A DNA stretch of 64,000 bases. Origin: Somniosus microcephalus. Its lineage: Eukaryota. The notes under the pieces are model-generated. The model made no database searches, was not told where the DNA came from, and saw nothing but the letters and a program-made list of their open reading frames with translations. A program made the translations under genes and the position numbers. Positions 1 to 12,166 of this stretch are shown here, piece after piece. The stretch lies in contig CM126209.1 in NCBI GenBank assembly GCA_052327205.1, positions 61,194,001 through 61,258,000 of the forward strand. The letters are read 5' to 3'. The stretch's first letter is position 1, and each line of letters starts with the position of its first letter.

Positions 1-50
1 AACGGCTGTCATGAAACTTCCTAATTTAATTTCTCCATTTTTGAATTTGA

Positions 51-224
<174 letters not shown>

Positions 225-577
225 TGATTCCATCAAACCAGTTAATAATTGTTTCACCTAAAGTACATTTTGTAAATTAATGTATGTGCAGCTGACTTCT
301 TTCCCTGATGTCTGCCTGAAGTAGTGGTGACATGTGATTGAGGTAATTTATGCTGCCATCATACTCAGTTAGAACTGGCTTCATTTGAATAGCATGGTTA
401 GTAGAAATTGAATTGACTTGGTGTTTTTTTTTACATTAGGTTGCAACCTGAGTACTGTATATCTGCAATTGTAGTGGAGAATAAAATCTATTTATTAGTG
501 GATTCATGGACTTAAATATCAGAAAATCTCCATGTAGCTGCTGGAAGGAATGTTGTATAAATTAATACAGGAACAAA

Positions 578-662
578 AGAACATATAGCGTCTTTCACAA
601 CCTCTGTACACCAAGCGCTTTACAGTCACTTGTAATATAGGAAGCGTGGCAGCCAATTTCAG
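578..662 (-). mobile_element. SINE 3' fragment with an L2-type tail
   Basis: atatagcgtctttcacaacctc...aagcgctttacag; reverse complement of the tail at 1491-1595. Confidence 0.55.
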
Positions 663-1490
663 GAGACCGAAGGTCAAAATTATCAAGCGGTTATGTAACA
701 TGGAAGAAATGCAAGTACTGTGAAGAATAGAGCAGAATTTGAAGATTTAAAAATGAGAGAACTGCCTTTTGTAGAACAAAGAAATCGACACATTTTGGAC
801 TTCTAGAAATAAATCTAGTCATGGGGCAGGGGGACCTCCTGTGGTGTTTCTAAGCAGTTTGATTGCACATTGTCGTCTGCCATGGGATGACCGGATGCAG
901 ATTTGTGCTCTTAAATTAACGCTTAATCTCATGGGGAGGGGGCAGGACTTTCGGAGCGTCTGGGTAAATGATCACTGACGATTTTGTTTTGATACTGAGG
1001 CTTCACTGATGTGCATTAAGTTATTTTTGGCACACTCTGGTTAATTGATTTCAGAGAAGAAGTACTAATTTATTTAAGGGTATGATATTCCGACCTGTTT
1101 TTAAAAAAAATTAATGTTGCTGGAGGTTTGCCATTAGCAGTAAAGGTAATTTAACTTTTAAACTGTGACCTTCATGCACCAGCGTGCACAGTTGACTCGG
1201 TCAGACTGTATAATCTATTTGGGGGTTTCTGGGTTTTTTTTTTTGCATATTGGAAAATTGCTGATGCGTTGACCCACTGATAAAATATTTTGTCTTGAGG
1301 CCTTGTAGAAAATGAAGTCAAGCTGTTAAATTCAAGAGCTACTGATGGATGAGCAGAGCAGTGTTATTCACCCTGTTGGGTCACAGACCACTGCTGCCTC
1401 CATTTCCTAAGCTTGCTCTCTCTTTTAGAGAAACCTATCCTTGATTTATTAAAGTAAGATTTCATGGGAATATTGTGGTATCATGGTCCT

Positions 1491-1595
1491 TGCATTACAA
1501 TAGTGACTACACTTCAAAAGTACTTAATTGGCTGTAAAGCATCTGGTACGTCCTGTGGTCATGAAAGGCACTATAAATGTGAGTTTTTTTTCTTA
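1491..1595 (+). mobile_element. Deu-domain SINE (SacSINE1-like) 3' end with an L2-type tail
   Basis: cattacaatagtgactacacttcaaaagtacttaattggctgtaaagc...gaaaggcactataaatg. Confidence 0.65.
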
Positions 1596-1666
1596 AGTCT
1601 CTCTATCCTCTGCCATTAACTGGATTCTCTGATTTTTAAAAAAAAAAAAATTTCTGCTCTCGGCAG

Positions 1667-1852
1667 GATCCTTTGGCGGGTGTTATTCCGCGTACACTGC
1701 ATCAGATATTTGAGGCGCTGGCAACACAAGGTGCTGAGTTCTCAGTGAAAGTCTCTTTGTTGGAAATCTATAACGAGGAGCTCTTTGATCTTCTGAGCCC
1801 CTCTAGTGATGTTAGTGAGAGGCTGCAGATGTTTGACGATCCCCGCAATAAG
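1667..1852 (+). CDS. KIF11: KIF11 motor-domain exon
   Basis: ggcag/gtaatg; [15 protein letters not shown]...[14 protein letters not shown]...MFDDPRNK; 186 bp. Confidence 0.96.
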
Positions 1853-2001
1853 GTAATGTCCATTTGATTTTAGTAATTTGGTTTTATGTGGTTGTTGCCA
1901 AAAAGTGCAGTAGCCTGATGCTCTTTTTAAGATTGCTTTTCTCTGGAATATAGAACTTGGTGAAATACTGCCTTGTTTTTTCTTTCCTTGTGTCACTGTA
2001 G

Positions 2002-2145
<144 letters not shown>

Positions 2146-2604
2146 TGAGTCTTGTCTGAAATTCATAACTAGTTGCAAAATAAACTCTGTACACAAGGGG
2201 CTGAGTTAAATACTCCAGGGTGAGGCCTTGCAATAGACATGTCTTTGCATGTTCTTCAACAAAATACAACCAGATGTTTAAACAATGTTTTTAGCTTAAT
2301 ATTTAGTTTGCTTTACAATTGGTATTGCTGAAACGTGGGTTTAGGGCATTTGAAAAGACTTTTCAGCAGCAACCCTGCAATGCGGATCTTCTGTACTGCT
2401 AATACCTTAATGTTGTCCTTCACAACAAGCTGGTTTCATATTGCAACACCCAGATTAAACAAACAGATCTCATCTATTCCAAAGATGATTCTCTGTTGAA
2501 TTTAAGGCAACAAAAATTCTGGATTTGCGAACTTGCTCAGAAGTGAAGTGTGTTATTTATAGAGGCTTGTATTTACATTTTGAAATTTACAATTTTTTTT
2601 CCAG

Positions 2605-2695
2605 TCGTTCCCATTCAGTCTTTTCCATTACAATCCATATGAAGGAGACTACACTTGACGGGGAGGAACTAGTAAAGATTGGCAAACTGAATTTG
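2605..2695 (+). CDS. KIF11: KIF11 motor-domain exon (SSRSH)
   Basis: tccag/gtgagt; [30 protein letters not shown]; 91 bp. Confidence 0.96.
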
Positions 2696-3010
2696 GTGAG
2701 TATCATTTTATGCAAACGTGTCTTAAATAAAGGCTAATGCATCTCTTATTTTGTTGGGAGCTGGTGTTGGAGCTGCAAACCCTGTCCCCATCTGCTGGCT
2801 TCATAAAACATTAAGCGATCAAGGTTTATAAGTTGGTTTGAAAAAATTTGCTCCGAGCAAGGCTTTGGGGAACCATAGCCCAGTAAACTGACCTGTCAGA
2901 GGGTGGCCATTTCTTTCTGGTTGAATTCTATCTGTAGAATAGGTAACCTATAATGTTGGTGGAGAATTTTGTCACTTTTTTTTACTTCGAGAATGTGCAA
3001 TCCCTTTTTA

Positions 3011-4024
3011 GAACATAACATAAGAAATAGGAGCAGGAGTAGGCCAATCGGCCCCTCGAGCCTGCTCCACCATTCAATAAGATCATGGCTGATCTGATCC
3101 TAACCTCAAATCTTCTATCACTCTGCATCCACCCGAACCCATGTGATCTCCCGGGAGAGGCGAAAAACCAGATAAAGACCCAATGGCCAATTTGGGAGAA
3201 AAAAATCTGGGAAATTCCTCTCCGACCCATCTAGGCGATCGAAATTCTTCCAGGAGATCACTCTGTCCCTATATTTTCTACAGTACTTACCTTCTGTAAA
3301 GGCGATCTCCACCCCAGCCAGGAACAGGAATAAAACCATCTCCTGAAATCTAACAGAATTAGAACACAGTAGGAGCAGAACAAGGCTACACGGCCCCTGG
3401 GACCGCTCCACTACCCACAGGGCCATGACCATTCCGAACCCAGACTCATGTCCAATTTCCTGCCCGCTCCCCGTAACCCTTAATTCCCTTTACTTCTAGG
3501 AAACTATCTATTTCTGTTTTAAATTTATTTAATGATGTAGCTTCCACAGCTTTCTGGGGCAGCAAATTCCACAAACCTACCACCCTCTGAGTGAAGAAGT
3601 TTCTCCTCATCTCAGTTTTGAATGAGCAGCCCCTTATTTTAAGATTATGCCCCCTAGTTCTAGTTTCACCCATCATTGGGAACATCCTCACCGCATCCAC
3701 CCGATCAAGCCCCTTCACAATCTTATATGTTTCAATAAGATCGCCTCTCATTCTTCTGAACTCCAATGAGTAGAGTCCCAATCTACTCAACCTCTCCTCA
3801 TATGACCACCCCCTCATCCCCGGGATTAACCGAGTGAACCTTCTTTGTACTGACTCGAGAGCAAGTATGTCTTTTCTTAAGTATGGACACCAAAACTGTA
3901 CGCAGTATTCCAGGTGCGGCCTCACCAATACCTTGTACAACTGCAGCAATACCTCCCTGTTTTTATATTCCAACCCCCTAGCAATAAAAGCCAACATTCC
4001 ATTGGCCTTCTTAATCACTTGCTG
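3011..4024 (-). mobile_element. 5'-truncated CR1 LINE (ORF2 C-terminus, long 3' UTR)
   Basis: LYKVLVRPHLEYCVQFWCPY...RGDLIETYKI...TRGH...RRNFFTQRVV; tail reads (AACATAAG)n on the + strand. Confidence 0.95.
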
Positions 4025-4459
4025 TGTTACTTCCTGTTTCCTTCGCACTGGCTGCTTTGTAAGCATGCTTCATTTCCTAGCTTGTGCTGGCAATGATCCA
4101 TGTAACCGCATGGAAACATTCCATCGGGTGGTGCCAGGCAGCATCAGATCACAAACTGCAAATTTAAAGACCAAGGACAGTAATTTAGTGATCGGAAGTA
4201 CTGCAGAGAGAATGTAGATAACTTAATCTACATCCTTTTCTGGTTTTCAATATTTGACTTCACCTTGCTAGATTTTGTATTTAATTTTTTTCTGTTTCTT
4301 ATCATCTATCCAGTTAATCTGATTTGCACTTTTTTTCCCAAATTGGATTCAACTACCCTGTACTGATATTACTGGTTTCCTTATTACTACTAAAGTAATA
4401 AACTTGCTACATTTAACTTATTTTTAAACATGGCTTCCTTGATGGTTCACCAGATTTAT

Positions 4460-5190
4460 CCAGTGAGCATCTGAGCTGTACAGGTCCCACATTCCATCCC
4501 TGGTCTTTGCCAAGTTCCCTGATCTCTGGTGGGACTTTGCAATTTGGTTCCAAGCCATGAGTTAGGAAGTGCATAATAGGCAGAATCTGTATCCTATTTC
4601 ATCAGCTGGTGATCCCTAATGCAACGGTGTGTTAGTGAGTGACACCCGGTCGGGACCGGATCGGACTTGGTTGTAGTGGCTTCTTGGGTCAAATAACCTA
4701 CGATAGAGTCAGAGTTATACAGCACAGAAAGAGGCCCTTCGGCCCATCGCGTCCGCGCTGGCCATCAGGCCCTGTCTAATCTAATCCCATTTTCCAGCAT
4801 TTGGTCCGTAGCCTTGTATGCTATGGCATTTCAAGTGCTCATCCAAATGCTTCTTGAATGTTGTGAGGGTTCCTGCCTCTACCACCCTTTCAGGCAGTGA
4901 GTTCCAGATTCCAACCACCCTCTGGGTGAAAAAGTTCTTCCTCAAATCCCCTCTAAACCTCCTGCCCCTTACCTTGAATCTATGCCCCCTTGTTATTGAC
5001 CCCTCTAAGGGAAAAAGTTCCTTTCTAGCTACCCTATCTATGCCCCTCATAATTTTGTACACCTCAATCAGATCCCCCCTCAGCCTTCTCTGCTGGTTGT
5101 TGAAGCTTGTATGAGAAATGGCCGCTTGGGTGAGATGGTGTAGGATACCTATGGAACCCGAATAACATTGATGGGGACAAAAACTTTAGA
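4460..5190 (+). mobile_element. tRNA-head SINE interrupted by a CR1 insertion
   Basis: ggtcccacattccatccctggtc head; body resumes at ~5092 (gaaatggccgcttgggtgag...atggaac), matching the copy at 23520-23900. Confidence 0.55.
4703..5091 (-). mobile_element. CR1 LINE 3' fragment
   Basis: YKIMRGIDRV...TRGHRFKV...RKNFFTQRVVGIWNSLP plus 3' UTR. Confidence 0.92.
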
Positions 5191-5589
5191 AAAAATGTTC
5201 TTGATACAATGTTTTGACTCTCTTGAAGCTGCAATGCAGCACATTGCAAATGTAATTTTATTTTAAAAACAAACACCTTTGAAAATATTGACCAATAATT
5301 GACTTTTAAAGCCATCAAATGTCACTACTTTGCTCACTTCACATAATGCAACTCTGTCAAAAACATAGAAGGCACAGGGCAATGTTGTGTATACAGTTTT
5401 ATTCTATAATGTGTAAACAAGCAAACCAACCATTTTTTTTGGGGGGGGGGGGTGGTTGTTCTATCTTGGCAGTCGAAAGCATATTATGCCTTAAGATCCT
5501 GTAAATTGTGCCCAATATAAAAGTAGAAACCAGTGTTCCAAAACTGCTATTAGTCTGCAGTTAGTGAGAATGGGCATGGCCATAATTAG

Positions 5590-5763
<174 letters not shown>

Positions 5764-6421
5764 TAAATACTTAAATTGTCATTCAATTACTTTTATTCCT
5801 CTACTAAAGGCTCGTTAGAATTTACTGTCTAGGGGCCTGCTCAATCAGAAATGTTATACTAATATGTGCATAAAAACTGACAGGGATATTTTTGAAGTAA
5901 ACGATTGGTGATTGGCCTTTGGTTGTAATTTTATGAAATGATCGATGAGTAGTAATATCCAGTGACCACTATTTTAATCGATAAGGGTAACAGCACAGAA
6001 GAATGAACGTGACTAACATAACCTGGATCGAGGATACTACAGTCATGTGTGCATGCTCCAGACACTTGTGAATAGTGACTTTCTACATCTACCTCTAATC
6101 CAAGTGTTGCACTGTTTTGTGACTGAATTGCAATCATTGAGAGAGTGCATTATACCTAGCTTCATAAACCTTTTTTAGAATGGATCTTGTGCAAACATTT
6201 CAATCTGAAGTGGAGATGGGCAATTCTGAATAAGGTACAGAAACTATCAATTCCAGCAGGTCACTGCTTGTTGGAAATACAGGCCTCTTTCTACAAACAC
6301 TCATCGGTTTAAGTTTGGCCATTTTCAGTGATTGACCACCGCACAATATTGAGCAGGGAATACTTGGGCCAATTCAAGCTTTCTCAAATCATTGACTCGC
6401 TTTCTTTCTGTACATTTTCAG

Positions 6422-6518
6422 AGAATCAAAGCTAACTAGGATCCTGCAGGACTCTCTGGGAGGACGGACTAAAACCTCCATCATCGCCACCGTTTCCCCA
6501 GCTTCTGTGAATCTTGAA
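6422..6518 (+). CDS. KIF11: KIF11 motor-domain exon
   Basis: ttcag/gttagt; [32 protein letters not shown]; 97 bp, phase-compatible with the previous exon. Confidence 0.95.
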
Positions 6519-6654
6519 GTTAGTACTGTATAACCTCCTTTGCTGAAGTAGTAGAGTGACAATTATCCCAGATAGGGCAAGTTTTAAGTCCTGTTCTTGT
6601 GTACTGTTTGCCACAAAGTAGTTTTCAAAACTGTTAATGAACTGGTTCTCATTT

Positions 6655-6890
6655 TAAAAACAAAATACTGGAAATACTCAGTTCAGGCAGCATCTGTGGA
6701 GAGAGAGAAAGAGTTAATGTTTCTGGTCGATGACCTTTCATCAGAACTGGAAAAAGTTAGATGTAACAGGTTTTAAACAGTACAGGGACAAGGTAAGGAG
6801 GGAGGGGAGGAAAGAACAGAAGGGAAGGTCTGTGATCGGGTGGAAGGCAGGAGTGAGTAAATGACAAAAGGGATGATTGTACAAAGCAAT
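6655..6890 (-). mobile_element. Penelope-type repeat with a hammerhead motif
   Basis: ctggaaatactca...ggcagcatctgtggagagag...gttaatgtttctggtcgatgacctttcatcagaactgg; same family at 12072, 16420, 19300 and 44247. Confidence 0.7.
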
Positions 6891-6977
6891 TGCATGATTG
6901 TTCATGATGCACGCTTAAGTGAAACTGACTAGTTTGCTTCTAGTTCAGTAATCCAGTCCAATGTCTCTAAATGATAG

Positions 6978-7073
6978 GAAACCATCAGCACTCTGGATTA
7001 TTCCTATCGAGCAAAGAACATTATGAATAAACCTGAAGTCAACCAGAAGCTCACCAAGAGGACCTTGATTAAG
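6978..7073 (+). CDS. KIF11: KIF11 exon (helix 6, neck linker)
   Basis: gatag/gtagtc; [32 protein letters not shown]; 96 bp. Confidence 0.95.
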
Positions 7074-7895
7074 GTAGTCAAAATTATGCTTCAATCAAAG
7101 TAAATATTGATGTGCAGCCTTAGTATATTCATTCATGAAGATAACCATCCAAAAAAATCACCATTTCTTTACAGCTGTTATTTTGAAGTGATTTTTAATG
7201 CTGGTTGGAGGGTATGTCACGATCGCCATTCCTTGATGCTGAAAATTCTAATTTGGGACAAATTGTCATCTCTCCAGTGTGAACAAAAATGTGTAAGACT
7301 CTTAAAGCACCCTAGCTAAGTTATACCAGCTTTTCTGTCCACAACACAGCTGTTACCACTTAGTCACTGAGTGACGGTCTCCCTTCTTTCTTTGCCTGTG
7401 CTGGTTTGGCTGTGGTACAACTGCTGATCGCCGCACTCTCGGAGAAATTCTAGTGACTCCACAATTCCATACCAGAAGTTGTGTGAATGCATAGCAGAAC
7501 CACACACATGTCTTTAAAGAAATTGTGGCACGGAGTACAAATACGATAATTCGGGTGTCCTGTCAATCTGGTTATAAATTCACTTAGAACATTAGAATTT
7601 GACACCGGGTGATTACAATGTTCTTAATATCAAATATGTATAGTAATTAAAGTTTTTATGAAGCACAGAATTAAAACTCCTTCATTGATGTGCTTTCTCC
7701 TGAGGTCTTATTTTTAAAAGCAAATGTACAAGTTTGGCCACAATTTTCCTGTCTGATGCAGTGTTACTTTCCAACTGGCCATAATATAGGTGTGCAGGTT
7801 AACAAACCATTCCCTTTGCTGTACTTTCATAGTTCCTTTCTAGTCCCAAATTACTGCGTATCTGGTGCAATCTGATAACTGTGCGTTGATTTCAG

Positions 7896-7984
7896 GAGTA
7901 CACTGAAGAGATTGAAAGACTGAAGCGGGATCTTACTGCAGCACGTGAGAAAAATGGAGTGTACATGTCTGCAGAAAACTACGA
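7896..7984 (+). CDS. KIF11: KIF11 exon (neck coiled coil)
   Basis: ttcag/gtgagt; [29 protein letters not shown]; 89 bp. Confidence 0.95.
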
Positions 7985-8735
7985 GTGAGTATACCATTTG
8001 TAAGAAGAGGTGTTGGGAGTCTGAGTTGCCTTGGAAACGATGCAAACAATTTGAGCTTTAACTTTAGGAATTGTTTTATTTTATGTTTATATACTCTAGG
8101 GTAATTTTGCACAGTGAGACTCCCAGTGCAGAGCCTTGCTTGGTACGATGTGGATTGGAGAATCGAATATGACGGTCTGCACTCCCCATTTAGTGACCCC
8201 AATTTCCCGGTGATTTCATTTTTTTTTATCCAGTGCCTCGTGCAATGTTTCTTTCGCTTGTAGAAGGTGCTACTTAAATACAAGTTGTGGTTGATGACTC
8301 TGCCGGTTGTCATATTGAATGATGCATTATGGCTGATCTGACAATACCACTCTAACTTCAACGTGTGCATACAGATGAATTTTTAATAACGCACAACCTC
8401 GCATCTCGACTATATTACATGTACAGTCAATGACTGCAGTGCTGTAACTGGCCAGGGCAAGTTGCAATTCAAGCAGGATGGTGACCATCAGTTTCTCAGT
8501 CTTGTACAAGAATTAAAATGTTGAGCTTGATCTTGTCCCCTTCTGGACGGGATTGAATTGCTCAAACTGTTTGCGCTGCCACACTGCTTATCTTCAATAT
8601 ATAGAAAGTAATAAAGCATCCGACAGAGCAAGTGCTGCACTGGAGCACAGTTTAAATATTTGATATGAAACAGCTGCTCCCTATTCTGGAGACTAGTAAC
8701 CCAAGTACATATAATGTGTTTTTTTTCTCCTTTAG

Positions 8736-8823
8736 ATCTATGCAAAGCAAGGTGACTGTTCAGCAAGAGCTGATTGGCAACTATGAAGACAAGATTGCTG
8801 CTATTGAGGAGGAGCTGAAACGG
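8736..8823 (+). CDS. KIF11: KIF11 stalk exon
   Basis: tttag/gtaagg; SMQSKVTVQQELIGNYEDKIAAIEEELKR; 88 bp. Confidence 0.93.
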
Positions 8824-8854
8824 GTAAGGAGACACAATGGAATATTCTCAGCAT

Positions 8855-9835
8855 AACAACAACTTTCATTTATATAGCACCTTTAACGTAGCAAAACGGC
8901 CAAGGCACTTTGAGTGGTGACAATCAAAATTTGACACATGATATCCGGACAGATGACCAAAACTTGGTCAAAAAAATAGGTTTTAAGGAGCATCTGAAAG
9001 GAGGGAAAGGCAGAGGTTTAGGGAGGGAATTCCAAAGCTTGGGGCCAAGACGGCTGAAAGCAAGGCCGGCAATGGTGGGGTGATTAAAATTAGGGATGCA
9101 CAACATGCCAGAATTGTAGGAGCGCAGAGGTCTCAATGGCTTGTAGGGTTGGCGGGTAGGAGCAAGGCAGTGGAGGGATTTGAAAACCAGGATGAGAATT
9201 TTAAAATTGAGGCGTTGCCAGACCAGGAGTCAATGTAGGTCAGCAAGCACCAAGATGGGTGAAAGGGACTTGCTGTGAGTTAGGATACAGGCAGCAGACT
9301 TTTGGATCCGCTCAAGTTTATGCAGGGTGGAAGATGGGAGGCCGGCCAGGAGAGCATTGGAATAGTCAAGTCTAGAGGTAACGGTGGCATGGATGAGGGT
9401 TTCAGCGGCAGATGAGCTGTGGCAGGGTCGGAGTCGAGTGATGTTATGGAAGTAGGCAGTCTTAGCGATTGAGCAGATTGTGGTCGTCGGCTCCTCTTTA
9501 GGTCAGACACAACACCAAGATTGCTAGTGGTCTGGCTCAGCTTCAGACAGTTCCCAGGGAGATGGATGGAATTGGTGGCCAGGGAACTAAGACAATGGCT
9601 TTGGTCTTCCAATATTTAGTCGGAGGAAATTTCTGCTCATCGTGTACTGGATGTCTGACAGTGTGTCAAATCAGAGCCCGCCATGGAGTCAACAGAGGTG
9701 GTGGTGAGATAGAGTTGAGTGTCGTCTGCATACATGTGGAACCTGACCTTGTGTTTTTGGATGATGTCACTGAGGGGCAGCATGTAGATGAGAAATGGAA
9801 GGGGGTCAAGGATCGATCCTTGGGGGACTCCAGCA
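8855..9835 (-). mobile_element. L2 LINE 3' portion, degraded RT
   Basis: [20 protein letters not shown]...[11 protein letters not shown] on the - strand; L2 tail aacaacaac...tttatatagcacctttaacgtag. Confidence 0.92.
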
Positions 9836-9989
9836 TACGGCAATGAGCAAGGTCCAATTATTTTGCTAATATTGTAACCCTTTACATATTTTTAAAAGGT
9901 TAGAGGAACATCTTTTGTTCTGTTTGAAGTGGGTAGTCAGGTGGGTTAGGGCACTCGGCAGCATGTTGAAATCCTATGATGGCATTCTC

Positions 9990-10213
9990 CTGCTTCACCG
10001 ACTAGGCCCCAAACTCTGGAATTCCCTCCCTAAACTCCTCTGCTTTTTTTTTTTCCTTTTCCCTTTCCTGATGCCCCTTAAAACCTATCTCTATGACCAA
10101 GCTTTTGGTCACCCATCCTAATATCTCCTGTATGTGGCTTGGTGTCAACTTTTGTTTGATAATGCTCCTGTGACGCGCCTTGGGACGTGTTGCTATATAC
10201 AAGCAAGTTGTTG
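9990..10213 (+). mobile_element. L2 LINE 3' end fragment
   Basis: RLGPKLWNSLP; aaaacctatctctatgaccaagcttttgg; gctatatacaagcaagttgttg tail. Confidence 0.85.
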
Positions 10214-10889
10214 TATGGATTCTCTATGAATTGTTTAGGCAATAAACCCTATTACTATTGCCCACAAGACTACAGTACAAAAAGGGATCGATCAACCTTG
10301 CTCAAAAACCTTTCCTTGGGGGTTTCCAAAAGCAGCCTAGTGGAGGACGGTGGGGAAGGCACAAGATATTTTCATAGTGCTACTGGGACACACGGTGGCT
10401 GTAAAAAGGAAGTGCACAAACATTCTAAAATCACTTTTTGGAAAAGCTAATCTTGATGGCTGCATGGTAAATGCTAAAGGGAGATGCAGGTTGGGATCCA
10501 CACTCTCCCTTTATTAATATTGTAAGATTCTGTGATGTTTCAGAGGAATACACTTAATGTCTTAGTTGTTTAAAAGAAAAAGAATGGAACGTTAATCACT
10601 TGGATTTTTATAATTCTGCTGTCGTGTTGCAGCATATATTGTATTTACAGTGCACTATAGTAATTATTATTACCTGATTATTAAATTGAGAATTCACCAA
10701 TTTGCTCAATTCCAGTGCATTATCGTGTCTGATAACTGCAGGATATTCTGCTGAGCCGTACAATCCCAGTTTGATTGCTGGGTTGGCTAATTTCAGCACA
10801 GTTCACATCTTTCAGAAGATGGAGGAGCAAATGGGTTTGGAGGGGAGATGAGGGCATGAAACAAACAGTTAACAATCATTAGGTTAAGG

Positions 10890-11005
10890 AAGAAATTGCA
10901 TTTATATAGCACCTTAATTTTGCAGTGTCTCAAACCACTTCACAGCCAATGAATTCCTCTTTGAAATGTAGTCACTGTTGTAATGTAGGGAAACGTGCAG
11001 CATCC
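10890..11005 (-). mobile_element. SINE tail fragment (L2-type tail)
   Basis: ttgcatttatatagcacc...cacagccaatgaa...gtagtcactgttgtaatgtagggaaac. Confidence 0.6.
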
Positions 11006-11174
11006 CTCAGATCATTCAACCATAAGATTGGAGATCTGGGTGTGACTTTTATAAAAAGGGCTGGCTATTGTGATATTTTAATATTTATTTCTCTGCACTT
11101 GACCATTTATCTGATCCTGCTGTAAAATTTGTTGAGAAAAAGAATGTAAATGTCATTTTTTGGGTTTTTTCTAG

Positions 11175-11363
11175 GTCAATGAGCTATTTATAGATGGCAA
11201 GAAGGAGCTTGAACATTGTGTGTCTGAACTACAGCAACAGGAGCAAGTGCTTCAGGAGACGCAGCAAGATTTGGAGCTGACCAAAGGAAAGCTGTCTGAA
11301 GAAGAATTTGTTTGCGATGCCCACGCGCTCACAGAAGAAAAGCTCCACAGTACAGCCAATGAG
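11175..11363 (+). CDS. KIF11: KIF11 stalk exon
   Basis: tctag/gtagga; VNELFIDGKKELEHC...LSEEEFVCDAHALTEEKLHSTANE; 189 bp. Confidence 0.93.
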
Positions 11364-12071
11364 GTAGGAAGCAGTTTGTTTCCTAGTGTAACATGACCAG
11401 GGCGACTGACAGCTACAGGTTCCTCCTCCCCACTCCACCCCCAGTAGAAGGTTGCGCTATCGCTGCGAGCTCGCCTCATGGCAGAACTGAGTGATGAGTT
11501 GCTCCAAATGATGGTGGGTGGCTGTGGAGTCTCTTGCTTTCTTTAGTGATTTCTTCTTGATTAACAACACGCAGCTTGCTTGCGATTAATCTTGTGTTGA
11601 GGTAGATGTGTCTTTTGAATCGTGTTTTGTTTTCTAAAGTAGATTTCGTAAGCTGCCTAGCTCCATTGGTGCTTGTGTCTGTCTTTGAACCCCACCCACC
11701 GCACTTTCTATTTCTTGACTGCCAGCAGAAACCCTTTAGTTTAGAATCTATTCATTTACTACATTTGATTAACTTTCATTCAGCCCATGGGCCCATTTGG
11801 ATAGCACCAGCTTTAATTTTATTTAGACTGTAAACATTTATTTTTTTAAAAACCTATTGTGGCAAAAAATGGATTTCCATCAGTCGAATTTTTAACATGT
11901 ACTTATTGCTGGAAGCAGCATGTGAGGGGTTTTAAAAACCCCAGTCACGTGTGGCTTTTCCTTTGAGAAATACCGTGAGTTCGGAGACCAGGCAGGCTGG
12001 CTGCAGCAGGCTTCATGAGGTGCAAATTGATGAGGAAAGTACAGTAGGAAGACCAGGTTGTTAATTTTGTT

Positions 12072-12166
12072 ACAAAAACAGAAAATGCTGGGAACACTCA
12101 GCAAGTCGGGCAGCATCTGGAGAGAGAGAGTTAACGTTTCAGGTCGATGACCTTTTCATCAGAACC
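12072..12166 (-). mobile_element. Penelope-type repeat with a hammerhead motif
   Basis: aaaaacagaaaatgctgg...cagcatctgg...gttaacgtttcaggtcgatgaccttttcatcagaac. Confidence 0.7.

Noticed and set aside
965-1012. Possible intronic C/D-box snoRNA (ATGATCA...CTGA)
   Set aside because: Box C is imperfect, the span is too short, and there is no terminal stem or recognisable guide.
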